Positions 9,755 through 19,405 of a stretch of 64,000 bases of DNA are shown piece after piece. The notes below the pieces were generated by a model. The model worked only from the letters and a program-made list of their open reading frames with translations. It was not told where the DNA came from and did not search any database. Location: NCBI GenBank assembly GCA_965112635.1, contig OZ218778.1, forward strand, positions 928,001 to 992,000, in the 5' to 3' direction. Numbering within the stretch: the stretch's first letter is position 1; every line of letters starts with the position of its first letter. A program made the position numbers and the translations under genes. This DNA comes from an uncultured bacterium. GTDB taxonomy: Bacteria > Oederibacteriota > Oederibacteriia > Oederibacteriales > Oederibacteriaceae.

Positions 9755-11362
9755 TCAATTGATAATCGTGAGTTTTTGGCGCATCTTCAGATGGGAGGAC
9801 CGGACAAAGTAAAAGTACATGCCCGTAGCCACCACCTTGCCGCTGCTGTCCTTGCCGTCCCATCTGGCCCATCCCTCGGTGGCATGGATGCCCGCGACCG
9901 GGACCGTGGCCACTGTTTCACCCACGAGATTGACCACGTAGATGACCACATCGTTGGCCGGTTCAGGCGGGAAAGCAAAGGTCACATAGTTTTGCTTGTC
10001 GAAATCAACCGGGTTGGGATAGCTGTAGGTCTGCTGGGGCGGGGTGGGCACGGTCGTGGGGGTGTTGGTGATGGTGCCTGTCGGCGTTATCGTGCTGGTT
10101 GACATAGGTGTGGGAGGCGTCACGACCATAGTGGCTGTGCTGGTCGGAAGCGGCGGCGGAGTCGCGGAAGCGGTGGCTGTGTTGGTGCTGGTCGAGCCTG
10201 GCGGGACCGTGGAAGTATCGGTGACCGTGCAAGTGTTCGTGCTGGTGAACATCACAGGCGGGGTAGGGGTGGAGGTGGGGCCGCCTGGAGTAGGCGAAGA
10301 GGTCGGAGTGCCGGTCAGGCATCCCCAGGTGCCGTCCCAGGGAACGCCTTGCAAGCCGAGGTTATAAAGACATTGAACCTCTGCGGGACTAAGAGATTCA
10401 TTGTTCCATAGGATAAATTCAGCGACACCCAGGGTACAGCCTAATTCAGCGCCCCCGCCGAGCCACTCCCCGATCTCCCATCCGTCCGAATCCTGTCCTG
10501 CAACAAAATTGTTTATCTGGAATCCTCCGGACCAGGCATAACCAGCCGGGGGGTTGGGAGCGGTCTGGTACTGCGCTTCAACGCCGTTGAAATAAAATTT
10601 AAATAATCCAGCCGTAGGGTCCGCGCTGACCACGATATGGACCCAGTGCCCTCCAGCCGCCACGTAATAGGGCAGAGGAGCTTTGGGGGAGTAGGCGTGA
10701 GCGCCTCCCAAGCCTCCTCCGATGTCCTCCGTATACCACCTGCCGGGATCGCCAAAATCATGGATCCTTCCGTCCATAGGGCCGGAACGGAGAAGGGCCA
10801 TATCACCCTGTTCCTCTACATAAGCGGGGTTTCCTCCGCTATTTTGAGTTTGGAGAAGATACCAGATGGAGATGGCGAATTGGTTCATGGTCCCTCCGGA
10901 AGCGCCGACCAGGACCGTGTCCAATCCGGGAAAGTGGACCCAGTTGTACGGAGCGGGATCAGTAGAGCTGCTGGCAGAGTGGACCGCCAGGGCATGCGGG
11001 CCGACCGGCGTGTTGATCCCAGGGTTCAAGCCGTTATTATTGACCAGGGTGCCGAAGGTCGCCCACCCGCTCTCATTGACCATCGGGTCGGTTTCGGTGG
11101 CCCCATTGTAATTTTTAAAAGGAATCATGGTGCTCTGATCGACCCCTGAAGTGGCCGTGGCATCATAACCTCTCAGGTTGGCGGGAACGGTCTGACCGGG
11201 AGCTTGATTGGCGGAAAAAGTCCCGGAGCTTTCATTGAAATGCCAGATGCCGATGACCGTGGCGCGGACAGGGATAGATTGGAATAAAAAACAGAATAGC
11301 AATATCCCCAGTCCTAATGCCAGAGGGGTTGGTTTGTAAGTTTTTGTTCCGGGCATGGTCAT
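9755..11362 (-). CDS. Secreted protein with a LamG/concanavalin-like domain, Thr/Pro-rich linker and C-terminal FlgD-Ig-like domain
   Basis: Signal peptide; WHFNE..G and WVHIVV..FYFNG motifs; TPT/TAT repeats; YPNP...WDGKD..G..VATGMYFY tail. Confidence 0.7.
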   Translation of the reverse strand: MTMPGTKTYKPTPLALGLGILLFCFLFQSIPVRATVIGIWHFNESSGTFSANQAPGQTVPANLRGYDATATSGVDQSTMIPFKNYNGATETDPMVNESGWATFGTLVNNNGLNPGINTPVGPHALAVHSASSSTDPAPYNWVHFPGLDTVLVGASGGTMNQFAISIWYLLQTQNSGGNPAYVEEQGDMALLRSGPMDGRIHDFGDPGRWYTEDIGGGLGGAHAYSPKAPLPYYVAAGGHWVHIVVSADPTAGLFKFYFNGVEAQYQTAPNPPAGYAWSGGFQINNFVAGQDSDGWEIGEWLGGGAELGCTLGVAEFILWNNESLSPAEVQCLYNLGLQGVPWDGTWGCLTGTPTSSPTPGGPTSTPTPPVMFTSTNTCTVTDTSTVPPGSTSTNTATASATPPPLPTSTATMVVTPPTPMSTSTITPTGTITNTPTTVPTPPQQTYSYPNPVDFDKQNYVTFAFPPEPANDVVIYVVNLVGETVATVPVAGIHATEGWARWDGKDSSGKVVATGMYFYFVRSSHLKMRQKLTIIN

Positions 11363-11498
11363 AAAGGCTCCACCCTTTCCTACCTATTAGTCTATTAAAA
11401 CAGGAAAAAGTTGCAATCAAAGTGACTATTTTTCAAAAAATATTATTTACAGGGAAAGTGCAGAGGAAAACACCCAAAAAGCCTTTAAAAATGACTTT

Positions 11499-12812
11499 TT
11501 ATTTAAGGAAAAAAACGGGAATGACCCTTTTGTCACCGGATTTGAGGTTGTCCAGGGCCACGGGTGGCAGGGGGACCTGAACGCCATCAAGAAGTTGGAG
11601 GCTCAGGCCCAGATTTACCGACCCGGCAGGGACCAAGACCCTGGCCAGGTGGAAACGGGCCGGCAAGACCCTCCAGGAGCGCGTGTCCGCGGTCTCGGAC
11701 GCCAGTGTGTAAACATTGGTAATAAATGAGAACAGCGGATTATTGACCGCCTTGTCCACTTCCTGGGAGGCCAGATATTTGGCAGTGGCCCGGGCAATAG
11801 CCTTGGCGCTGATAAAGCCGATGCGCTGTTCCAGATTTTTAACGGCGATCTCCGCGATGTCCTCGGCAGGCCGGCTCTGTCCCAGGAGCGTGCCGCCGTT
11901 ATAGACGCTGAGGAACTTCACCCGATAGGGCCGCTTCACGAATTTGGGGAAGGCCACCTTGAGCAGGTAGGGATGGCCCTGGCTATCCTTGATCCAGACA
12001 TCAAGGCTGGTAGAGATCTTAAAAGGCGCCAGGCCGTCGTAAACGACGAAAAGCACCTCGGCCTTGGCCTGGTTATCCTGGAGGCTGGTGAAAGATGAGG
12101 TGTCCGTGTCTTTGAGATACTCCTTGACCTGGTCTCCCATGCCCAAAGGCGTGCCCGTGCGCCAGAGGTCCTCCAGGAGAAAGTCAGGGCGGCCGGTCTT
12201 GAATTCGCCTTGGTACTTGGCATAGGCCTTAAAGCTGTTCTTGTAGTCGATGAAGGCGTCGTTAGTGTTGCGGCCGGCCTCATAGGCGAATGCGGACAGG
12301 TAGCGGGCCAGGGCGTCCTCTGCGAACACGGCTTTTTTGCCGTACTTGTCCGAGAGGAGGTTGAGTTTATTGTTGACCTTGCGGGCCTCCACCTGGCTGT
12401 TGATCCAATCGCCCAGGTAGAGGTAGTTAAGGCACTTAAGGACGTTGATGTAAACCTGCTCGAAATCCTCGCCGGAGTACGGCAGGGTGAGGTCGTTGCT
12501 GAGCATGGCCGTGACCTCGCCTGTGACGCTCTTGGTGTAAAGCTGGTCGATCAAGATGTCCGCAGCGTCAAGGGCCTTGTTGCTCCTGGCGAAGTCCCCC
12601 TGCATCTGCAGAAGGGAGCCCATGTCCAGGTCATAGAGCAGTTTGCTCGGGCCCTCGTAATTCTTTGCCGATCTTTCTATGTCCGCCACGCCGTCCGCGT
12701 AGCGGTCCGACACGATCTCGGAGTCCAGCTGAGCATAGTAGTTGATCCCGGCGCATCCCGCGGCGGCTATCAGGGCCGCCAGCAGGATGATCCGGAACTT
12801 GTTTTTTAACAT
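11499..12812 (-). CDS. COG3014-like TPR lipoprotein, commonly encoded next to lpoB
   Basis: Lipobox AAAGC; PYSGEDFE, VEARK and ETADTRSW..LP motifs. Confidence 0.75.
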   Translation of the reverse strand: MLKNKFRIILLAALIAAAGCAGINYYAQLDSEIVSDRYADGVADIERSAKNYEGPSKLLYDLDMGSLLQMQGDFARSNKALDAADILIDQLYTKSVTGEVTAMLSNDLTLPYSGEDFEQVYINVLKCLNYLYLGDWINSQVEARKVNNKLNLLSDKYGKKAVFAEDALARYLSAFAYEAGRNTNDAFIDYKNSFKAYAKYQGEFKTGRPDFLLEDLWRTGTPLGMGDQVKEYLKDTDTSSFTSLQDNQAKAEVLFVVYDGLAPFKISTSLDVWIKDSQGHPYLLKVAFPKFVKRPYRVKFLSVYNGGTLLGQSRPAEDIAEIAVKNLEQRIGFISAKAIARATAKYLASQEVDKAVNNPLFSFITNVYTLASETADTRSWRVLPARFHLARVLVPAGSVNLGLSLQLLDGVQVPLPPVALDNLKSGDKRVIPVFFLK

Positions 12813-12819
12813 TGTTATT

Positions 12820-13422
12820 TTAGAAACCCATACCGCTCTTCTCAATGATCTTCTTGATCTTTTTCTGGCCCAACCAGACTTTGGTATTGGTGGCCATATC
12901 GGTCAGGGTCATATCCACCTGGTAATAAACGGCCTTGGTGCCTTCCTTCTGGTCGGTCACTGAGGAGATGATCCCCTGCATCATGTAATCAGCACCGATC
13001 TCTTGCTTGAAAGCCTTTTTGGTCGCATCCGAAGCATAATCCTGCTGGTCCGTGCGCTCGTCGCGGACTTCCTGGCGCTGATCTTTATTGGACACGAAGG
13101 TCACCTGGCCGGAGTTGGTCAGGTCGCGTTCAATATCGCCCTGGAACACATCAATAGCGATATGCTCGTCCGTTTTATTGACTATCGTGCCCACGATGAC
13201 CGTCGGGTTCTTGCCGCTAGCCTTCATAAAATTGGTCAGCCACGGGTAGGTCAGGGCTTCTTTGACCATTTCCTCGGATACAAGGTGCGAATCCGTGTCG
13301 TTCCAGCGTCCGGACAAGTCGGTGATGGTGTTCTCATTTACTCGCTGTACCGCGGTGCCGCCGCAGCTTATCAAGCTGCCGGCCACCACAACGATAAACA
13401 TTAGCAAAATTACCTTTCTCAT
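12820..13422 (-). CDS. lpoB: Penicillin-binding protein activator LpoB-like lipoprotein
   Basis: Lipobox LISC; DLSGRWNDTDS, NKTDEHI and GADYMMQG..S..D...YYQV motifs. Confidence 0.8.
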   Translation of the reverse strand: MRKVILLMFIVVVAGSLISCGGTAVQRVNENTITDLSGRWNDTDSHLVSEEMVKEALTYPWLTNFMKASGKNPTVIVGTIVNKTDEHIAIDVFQGDIERDLTNSGQVTFVSNKDQRQEVRDERTDQQDYASDATKKAFKQEIGADYMMQGIISSVTDQKEGTKAVYYQVDMTLTDMATNTKVWLGQKKIKKIIEKSGMGF

Positions 13423-13460
13423 CGATTCCTCCTTTATTAAATAGGTTTATTCCAGGCTGT

Positions 13461-14024
13461 TCAGAACCTGAAGTGCATGGCTAATTGGGCATTGGCAGCG
13501 TCCACTTTATCGGTAATATTCGTGGGGCTGTCAAAAGGATCGACCGAGTTATCCGCAAACCTGACATAAGTGACCCCAGCACTGATACCCCAGCCATGCG
13601 CAAAAGTATAATCCAGGCCGGCATCCGCGTGCCAAGCCAAAACATTGCAGTTCGAATTAATATAATAGTAGGTCAACCCGGCGCCTAGATAGGGGGACAG
13701 TTCGGTGGGCAAAAGATACCCGCGGAACTGGGCATTGATCGACGTCCCATCCAGGAAAGATCCGACACCCATACCCACGGAAAAATAAGGATTAGGCGCC
13801 TTGTCGAATTCAACACCGAGAACGTCCGGAAGACCGACGACCAGCGAAAAATCATTAGGGAACATCTCCCGGGGGCTATAAGACTGCATTTTTTGATTGA
13901 CCATATTGGTCACCGTCATATCCGGCGTATAGACCGGAGTGGGCGAGGCCGTATCGGCCCAGACCACGGCTTGCGGCAGGACCAGCAAGCCCACACAAAA
14001 AAGCCAGATCATTTTCTTTACCAT
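13461..14024 (-). CDS. Small outer-membrane beta-barrel-like protein
   Basis: Signal peptide; SPYLGAGLTY and AGLDYTF strands; C-terminal F. Confidence 0.6.
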   Translation of the reverse strand: MVKKMIWLFCVGLLVLPQAVVWADTASPTPVYTPDMTVTNMVNQKMQSYSPREMFPNDFSLVVGLPDVLGVEFDKAPNPYFSVGMGVGSFLDGTSINAQFRGYLLPTELSPYLGAGLTYYYINSNCNVLAWHADAGLDYTFAHGWGISAGVTYVRFADNSVDPFDSPTNITDKVDAANAQLAMHFRF

Positions 14025-14045
14025 TTTCTAACCTCCTCCTTTTAT

Positions 14046-14570
14046 TTACTTCTGGGCTTCCGCAGGCAGCGGTTTGTTGGGTATCAAGGCAATAGGGCCT
14101 TTCAAAGCTTTGACCTGAAAGGCGAACTTTTTATCCAGTGATTTGATCTGCCTTTTAATGTTCACGACCTCATTCACATTGGTAGTGCTAGTGCCCACCA
14201 CGTCAACCAGCTCCTGGACCAGGCTGTGTTTTTCCCAGATAAAATCCTTGATCTTTTTCAAGCGGACCACATCCTCCGGCACCGTGCTGGTGTACATGAC
14301 CGTCCAGGCAGCCACCTCGTCCAGCAGTTCTTGCCCATCCACGAGACTGTCATTGGCCTCATAGGCGATCAGAGCGCCGTCGGTCACGAAGGTTTCGCGC
14401 ACCTCGCGCAACCCTTTATTGATCAGGTCCGCGGATTGATTATACGCGTTCACGATCCGTTCGTTAAAGGAGTTTTCAGGGACGTTTTCGGCCATTTCGG
14501 CGAACAGCGGAAACGCCGATCCCAAAACAGCCAGCATAACGATGACCCATAAACACTTAATCTTAAGCAT
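14046..14570 (-). CDS. Secreted hypothetical protein
   Basis: Signal peptide; strong RBS (AAGGAGGTG); lies within the operon. Confidence 0.6.
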   Translation of the reverse strand: MLKIKCLWVIVMLAVLGSAFPLFAEMAENVPENSFNERIVNAYNQSADLINKGLREVRETFVTDGALIAYEANDSLVDGQELLDEVAAWTVMYTSTVPEDVVRLKKIKDFIWEKHSLVQELVDVVGTSTTNVNEVVNIKRQIKSLDKKFAFQVKALKGPIALIPNKPLPAEAQK

Positions 14571-14594
14571 TTGTTCACCTCCTTAAATGGTATT

Positions 14595-15587
14595 TTACAG
14601 TATTTGCTCCTGAGAAGGAACATCCCTGGTGATCTGTTCTCTGATCTTTTGGGATCTTTCCAAAAAACCACGCGATTCACGGGTCCTGCCCAGATCCTGG
14701 CACAACGCGGAGAGTTGAGACAACACCACGGATTTATCGTAGGTCCGCAGGATATTTTCAGAGCTGTCGCGCAGGGCCACGATCTGCCGCAGGGAAGCGT
14801 CGCCAGCAGGCCCCAAAATGGGGCCCGGGACCGGAGCGCCCCGTTCCGCTTCAAAGATATCCAAGGCCCTTTTCAGGGCGGACTCGGCTTCGGGATATTT
14901 TTTTTGGGCCAGATAGATGATGCCCAGGTTGGTCAGCGCGTGCGCGACGTTGGGATGCGACGGAGACCAGAGCATCTCGGCCTGGTCCACGGCAGTCTGG
15001 GCAAGGCCGAGAGCTTGCGGAAGATCGCCCTGTTGATAGGACCGGTACGCTTTGATGTTCAGATCGAACCATTGTTTCTGGGTCTGGTAGGCCTGGTTCA
15101 AAAGCGGGGCCATGGTATTGGACGCGCCGCCTTTTTGCTGCAGCAGGGTGGCTATTTCTAGCTTGACCTGGTTATCGTTGTTCTTCAGCGATTGGATCAG
15201 AGAAAAGAGCACCTGGTCGGCTTGAGCCGAGGCAAGCTTTACCGGGGGGTTTGCCACGGGTACAAAGGGGAACCAGCCGGCGCCGACGAAAAATCCTATG
15301 ACCAGGCAAAGGGCGGCCGCAGTCGCGGCCCAGCCCCACTGGGGCACCAACGGCCTGGTTTGGCCTGGCCTGAGGCGGACCATGACCTTGTCCGCGAACC
15401 AGTTCGGGGCCCTGTGCATCGAGGTCCGGCCAACTCCTTGTGTGACTTTTTTCAGGAAAAGCAGGTAATCCCTGCAAACAGGGTCCTGTTCCAGCTGCTT
15501 GGTTACAGCGGCCCGGTCAGCTTTGGAAAGGGTGCCGTCCAGATAGGTTTCAAGTCTCTCGGCCAATTCAAAGGATATTCGTTGCAT
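14595..15587 (-). CDS. Anti-sigma factor with one TM helix and a periplasmic TPR domain
   Basis: LETYLDGTL...LEQDPVC anti-sigma N-domain, TM helix, HPNVAHALTNLG TPR; follows the ECF sigma gene. Confidence 0.75.
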   Translation of the reverse strand: MQRISFELAERLETYLDGTLSKADRAAVTKQLEQDPVCRDYLLFLKKVTQGVGRTSMHRAPNWFADKVMVRLRPGQTRPLVPQWGWAATAAALCLVIGFFVGAGWFPFVPVANPPVKLASAQADQVLFSLIQSLKNNDNQVKLEIATLLQQKGGASNTMAPLLNQAYQTQKQWFDLNIKAYRSYQQGDLPQALGLAQTAVDQAEMLWSPSHPNVAHALTNLGIIYLAQKKYPEAESALKRALDIFEAERGAPVPGPILGPAGDASLRQIVALRDSSENILRTYDKSVVLSQLSALCQDLGRTRESRGFLERSQKIREQITRDVPSQEQIL

Positions 15588-15628
15588 GGTTACCTCCTAT
15601 TTCTCTTTATCCCTGGGGCAGATATTAG

Positions 15629-16228
15629 TTACGGCCTTGTATTCAAAGAACTTTTGTACTTGTCCCATAGCCGTATTTTAGCCCTGTAGATCCGGACCTT
15701 AACTTTGGCCAGTGAAATCCCCAAAATCTGGGCGATTTCGTCATAGGCCAGCCCTTTGAAATGCCTCAAAATAAAGGGGTATTTCAGGGAATCCGGCAGA
15801 AAACCGACCAGTTGCTGTGCCAGGGCTACTGATCTTTTGCGGTCCACCTGCTCTTCCACCGAAGGGCCGGGATCGGGGAAATCCTGGGGCGTATCCTCAT
15901 CCCAACCCGGCCTGGAATGGTCCAGGGAAAAAAAACGGACTATTTTTTTGCGCCGGAGTTTTTTCCGGCACAGGTTCAAAGCGATGGTATAAAGCCAGTT
16001 GGAAAGTTTGAACTCCGTTTTGTAGCGGGACAGGTTGCGGTAGAACTGCAAAAAAGTTTCCTGGGCCGCGTCCTCAGCGTCCTGGGCGTTAGCCAGAACA
16101 CGGAAGCAAAGGTCAAAGATATAGTCCTGGTATTTTTCCATGAGCCGGCGGAAGGCATCCTGGTCACCGGACTGGCTTTTGCGGATGAGGGTCAATTCGT
16201 GGGTTGAAGGGTCGCTCTGGGGTTCCAT
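15629..16228 (-). CDS. ECF RNA polymerase sigma-70 factor
   Basis: GDQDAFRRL, DAEDAAQETF and WLYTIALN motifs; region 4 HTH. Confidence 0.92.
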   Translation of the reverse strand: MEPQSDPSTHELTLIRKSQSGDQDAFRRLMEKYQDYIFDLCFRVLANAQDAEDAAQETFLQFYRNLSRYKTEFKLSNWLYTIALNLCRKKLRRKKIVRFFSLDHSRPGWDEDTPQDFPDPGPSVEEQVDRKRSVALAQQLVGFLPDSLKYPFILRHFKGLAYDEIAQILGISLAKVKVRIYRAKIRLWDKYKSSLNTRP

Positions 16229-16415
16229 CTTGGTCCCTTAATTATTGAATTGAGGCTTTGCGCCGAAAGGACGCGCAAAACTAAGTATTATCATATCACG
16301 GCCTTCTGGCGGGGAAAGGCTATTTATCCTTTTAAAAGGTTAGGCCCGTTGTTATAATCAACTACCAGTGAACCAGGTCAATCGTAAAATCTGCTCCTCC
16401 GGAAGACAATAACCC

Positions 16416-17150
16416 ATGGAATACAAGGTCGTTAAAGGCAGGAAAGCAATGGGCGAAGCGGCCGCCCAGCAGGCCGCCGAGTGGATCAACCACAGCGTCC
16501 AGCAGAAGGGCCGCTGCGTCTTTATCGCGGCAACCGGCGCCTCCCAGTTCGACTTTTTAGAGGCTTTGGTGGAGATCAAGGAAATTGACTGGTCCAAGAC
16601 CACGATGTTCCATCTCGACGAATACATCGGGATGCCGGCGACCCATCCAGCCAGCTTCAGGAAGTACCTTAAAGAAAGGTTCGTGGACAAGGTCCATCCC
16701 GGGATCGTCCACTTCGTGGCGGGTGACAACCCGCAGGGGGCCAGCGCGGAGTGCCAAAGGCTGGGACAACTGATCAAAAAAGTGCAGGTCGACGTGGCTT
16801 TTGTGGGGATCGGCGAGAACGGGCATCTGGCTTTTAATGACCCGCCGGCCGATTTTGAACGCCAGGACCCTTATTTTCCCGTGAAATTGGACGAGCCCTG
16901 CCGCAGGCAGCAGCTGGGCGAGGGCTGGTTTAAAAACCTGGACGAAGTCCCTCAAGAGGCCATCACCATGTCCATAGCCCAGATCATGAAGTCCACCCAT
17001 ATCCTGGCTGTGGTACCGGACCAGCGCAAGGCCCAAGCGGTCAAAAACTGCCTCACCAAACCGGTCTCCAACCTTTATCCTTCCTCCATCCTACAAAACC
17101 ATAGCCAGTGTCTCGTGTTCCTCGACGAGCAGGCGGCTTCATTATTATGA
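16416..17150 (+). CDS. nagB: Glucosamine-6-phosphate deaminase
   Basis: ATGASQ, FHLDEY and GIGENGHLAFNDPP motifs. Confidence 0.88.
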   Translation: MEYKVVKGRKAMGEAAAQQAAEWINHSVQQKGRCVFIAATGASQFDFLEALVEIKEIDWSKTTMFHLDEYIGMPATHPASFRKYLKERFVDKVHPGIVHFVAGDNPQGASAECQRLGQLIKKVQVDVAFVGIGENGHLAFNDPPADFERQDPYFPVKLDEPCRRQQLGEGWFKNLDEVPQEAITMSIAQIMKSTHILAVVPDQRKAQAVKNCLTKPVSNLYPSSILQNHSQCLVFLDEQAASLL

Positions 17151-18049
17151 ACATGCCTGGTCTGGTCGACCTGCAGGTCAACGGCTACGGCGGGGTGGAT
17201 TTTTCCAGTCCGGAGCTTAGCCTTGATAAAATCCATTTGGTCACAAAGAAATTTGAAGAGTTGGGTATCGAGTTTTTTTGCCCCACCCTCATCACCAGCC
17301 CGGCCGAAGTTTACGAAAAGAACCTGCCTTTGCTGGCCAAGGCCATGGATGATCCCTATTTAAAAAAGCATATCCTCGGCGTGCATCTGGAGGGGCCGTT
17401 CATCTCGCCCCTGGACGGCGCAAGAGGAGCCCATGAGCTCAATGATGTCAAAATGCCCAATCTCGACCTGTTCCAAAAGTTTTTTGACCTGGCCCAAGGC
17501 AAAATTGTCCTGCTGACCCTGGCTCCAGAGCTGGAGGGCGGGCTGGAACTGATATCCCGTTGCGTGAGCCTGGGAGTCAGGGTTTCCCTGGGGCACCATC
17601 TGGCGGAACAGGGGGTCATTGAACAGGCTGTCCAGGCCGGAGCCCACCTGTGCACCCATCTGGGCAACGGCCTTCCGGCCATGTTGCCCAGGCATCCCAA
17701 TCCTCTGTGGTCGCAAATGGCCCAGGTGCAGCTGACCGCGATGATCATCACGGACGGGTTTCACCTGACGCCGGAGTTCATCCAAGTCGTCCTCAAGGCC
17801 AAGGGGGCGGATAAGGTCATCGTAACCAGCGACTGCGTTTTCGCCGGAGCGATGCCAGCGGGCCGTTACGGAAAATATACTTTGGACGAAAAGGGCAAGT
17901 TCTTTTATCCGGCTGCCGGCACCTTGGCCGGCTCCAGCCGCAATATGGTAGAATGCATAAAATATCTTGATTCGTTGCACCTGTGTTCCAGTGAAGATTT
18001 GGTTAAAATGGGCAGGACCAATGCCCTTAAAATTATAGGTAAAATCTAG
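17147..18049 (+). CDS. nagA: N-acetylglucosamine-6-phosphate deacetylase
   Basis: PGLVDLQVNG, HLEGPFIS, THLGNG and DGFH motifs; ATGA overlap with nagB. Confidence 0.9.
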   Translation: MNMPGLVDLQVNGYGGVDFSSPELSLDKIHLVTKKFEELGIEFFCPTLITSPAEVYEKNLPLLAKAMDDPYLKKHILGVHLEGPFISPLDGARGAHELNDVKMPNLDLFQKFFDLAQGKIVLLTLAPELEGGLELISRCVSLGVRVSLGHHLAEQGVIEQAVQAGAHLCTHLGNGLPAMLPRHPNPLWSQMAQVQLTAMIITDGFHLTPEFIQVVLKAKGADKVIVTSDCVFAGAMPAGRYGKYTLDEKGKFFYPAAGTLAGSSRNMVECIKYLDSLHLCSSEDLVKMGRTNALKIIGKI

Positions 18050-18061
18050 GAAAGGCGAGAA

Positions 18062-19405
18062 GTGGGAAGTATCCAGGAAGCCACAGATTCATTGAAAAAA
18101 GCGGTGCAGGGAAGCGAACGTTTGAAGCTCGATGCCGGAACCCTGGCAACCTATGAAGTGGACGGCCTGCGTCCGCAAGCCGTGGTTAAACCCCTGAACA
18201 AGGAAGAGCTGTCCGCAGTCCTGAGCAGTGCCCATGCCCATCAGTTGGGCGTTATCCCGTGGGGCGGCGGGACGATGATGACCGCGGGGCAGGCCCCTAG
18301 TTCCTACGACCTGGCCATTGACCTGAAATCTATGGATCATATCGTGGACTATCCAGCCGAGGATCTGACCATCACCGTGGAAGCAGGAATCACCCTGGCT
18401 GCTTTAAATGAGAAGCTGCACCAGAACAGGCAGTTCCTTCCTTTTGACCCGCCTTTCCCGGAAAAAGCCACCATCGGCGGGCTGATCGCCTCGGGGGCGA
18501 GCGGCCCCATGCGGCTTGGTTTTGGGGGCATCAAAGATTCCCTGCTGGGGCTGCAAATGGTCCTGTCGGACGGCACCATCGCCAAGTCCGGGAGCCGGGT
18601 GGTCAAGAACGTGGCCGGGTACGATCTGGGCAAACTATTCACAGGCTCCTGGGGAACTTTGGGTGTCATTACTTCGGCCAGTTTCAAGGTCAGGCCCCTG
18701 CCGGAAAAGATCGTTGTCGTTTCCCTGGCCTGCGGGACCTGGGAAGTTGCCGTGGATTTTTTTAAGAGCTGCCGGGAATCCGCCATGGACCCCTGCGGCC
18801 TGGAACTCTTGAACCCGGCTGCGGCCCCGGAGATCGCGGGGGCACTGCCGAAAGAGATTACGCTGGTCGTGGGTCTGGCCGGGTTTCAGGAAGACGTGAC
18901 TTGGCAGCTGGAACTTCTGGCCGGCATACAGAAAAAGAGCAAAGCCGCGAACCTCAAGATATGGGAAGGGGATAGCCAAAAGACACTGATGGCCAGCCTG
19001 AGGGATTTCCCGGGAAAGTTTTCGGGTGAGACCAAGGACCAGGTGACTTTTAAGGCCAACCTTTTGCCCTCGGAAATCATTGGTTTCAGCCGCATTATAG
19101 AACAACAATCCGCCAGTGCCGGTTTGCGGCAGGTTTTGCTGCTGCACTTGGGGCTGGGGACTCTCTGCGGCAGGTTTTATTTCAACCAGGGCAAGGGCGT
19201 TGAAGCGGAGACGGAGCTTTTACTGCAGCTGCAGGAAAGGGCGTTCGCCAGTGGAGGGAATCTGGTCGTGCAGTCCGGCCCAGGATCCCTCAAACAAAGG
19301 ATCCCTGGATGGGGCAAAGCCCGGGGAGATTTTGAGCTGATGAGGCAGATCAAGGACAAGATAGACCCCAAACATCTTTTAAACCCAGGCAGGTTCATCG
19401 GATGA
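18062..19405 (+). CDS. glcE: Glycolate oxidase FAD-binding subunit (GlcE-like)
   Basis: ATIGG, RVVKNVAGYDL.KL..GS.GTLG and DP..LLNPGR motifs. Confidence 0.85.
   Translation: MGSIQEATDSLKKAVQGSERLKLDAGTLATYEVDGLRPQAVVKPLNKEELSAVLSSAHAHQLGVIPWGGGTMMTAGQAPSSYDLAIDLKSMDHIVDYPAEDLTITVEAGITLAALNEKLHQNRQFLPFDPPFPEKATIGGLIASGASGPMRLGFGGIKDSLLGLQMVLSDGTIAKSGSRVVKNVAGYDLGKLFTGSWGTLGVITSASFKVRPLPEKIVVVSLACGTWEVAVDFFKSCRESAMDPCGLELLNPAAAPEIAGALPKEITLVVGLAGFQEDVTWQLELLAGIQKKSKAANLKIWEGDSQKTLMASLRDFPGKFSGETKDQVTFKANLLPSEIIGFSRIIEQQSASAGLRQVLLLHLGLGTLCGRFYFNQGKGVEAETELLLQLQERAFASGGNLVVQSGPGSLKQRIPGWGKARGDFELMRQIKDKIDPKHLLNPGRFIG

Noticed and set aside
10020-10310. DNA tandem repeat array
   Set aside because: Explained by the low-complexity Thr/Pro linker of the encoded protein.
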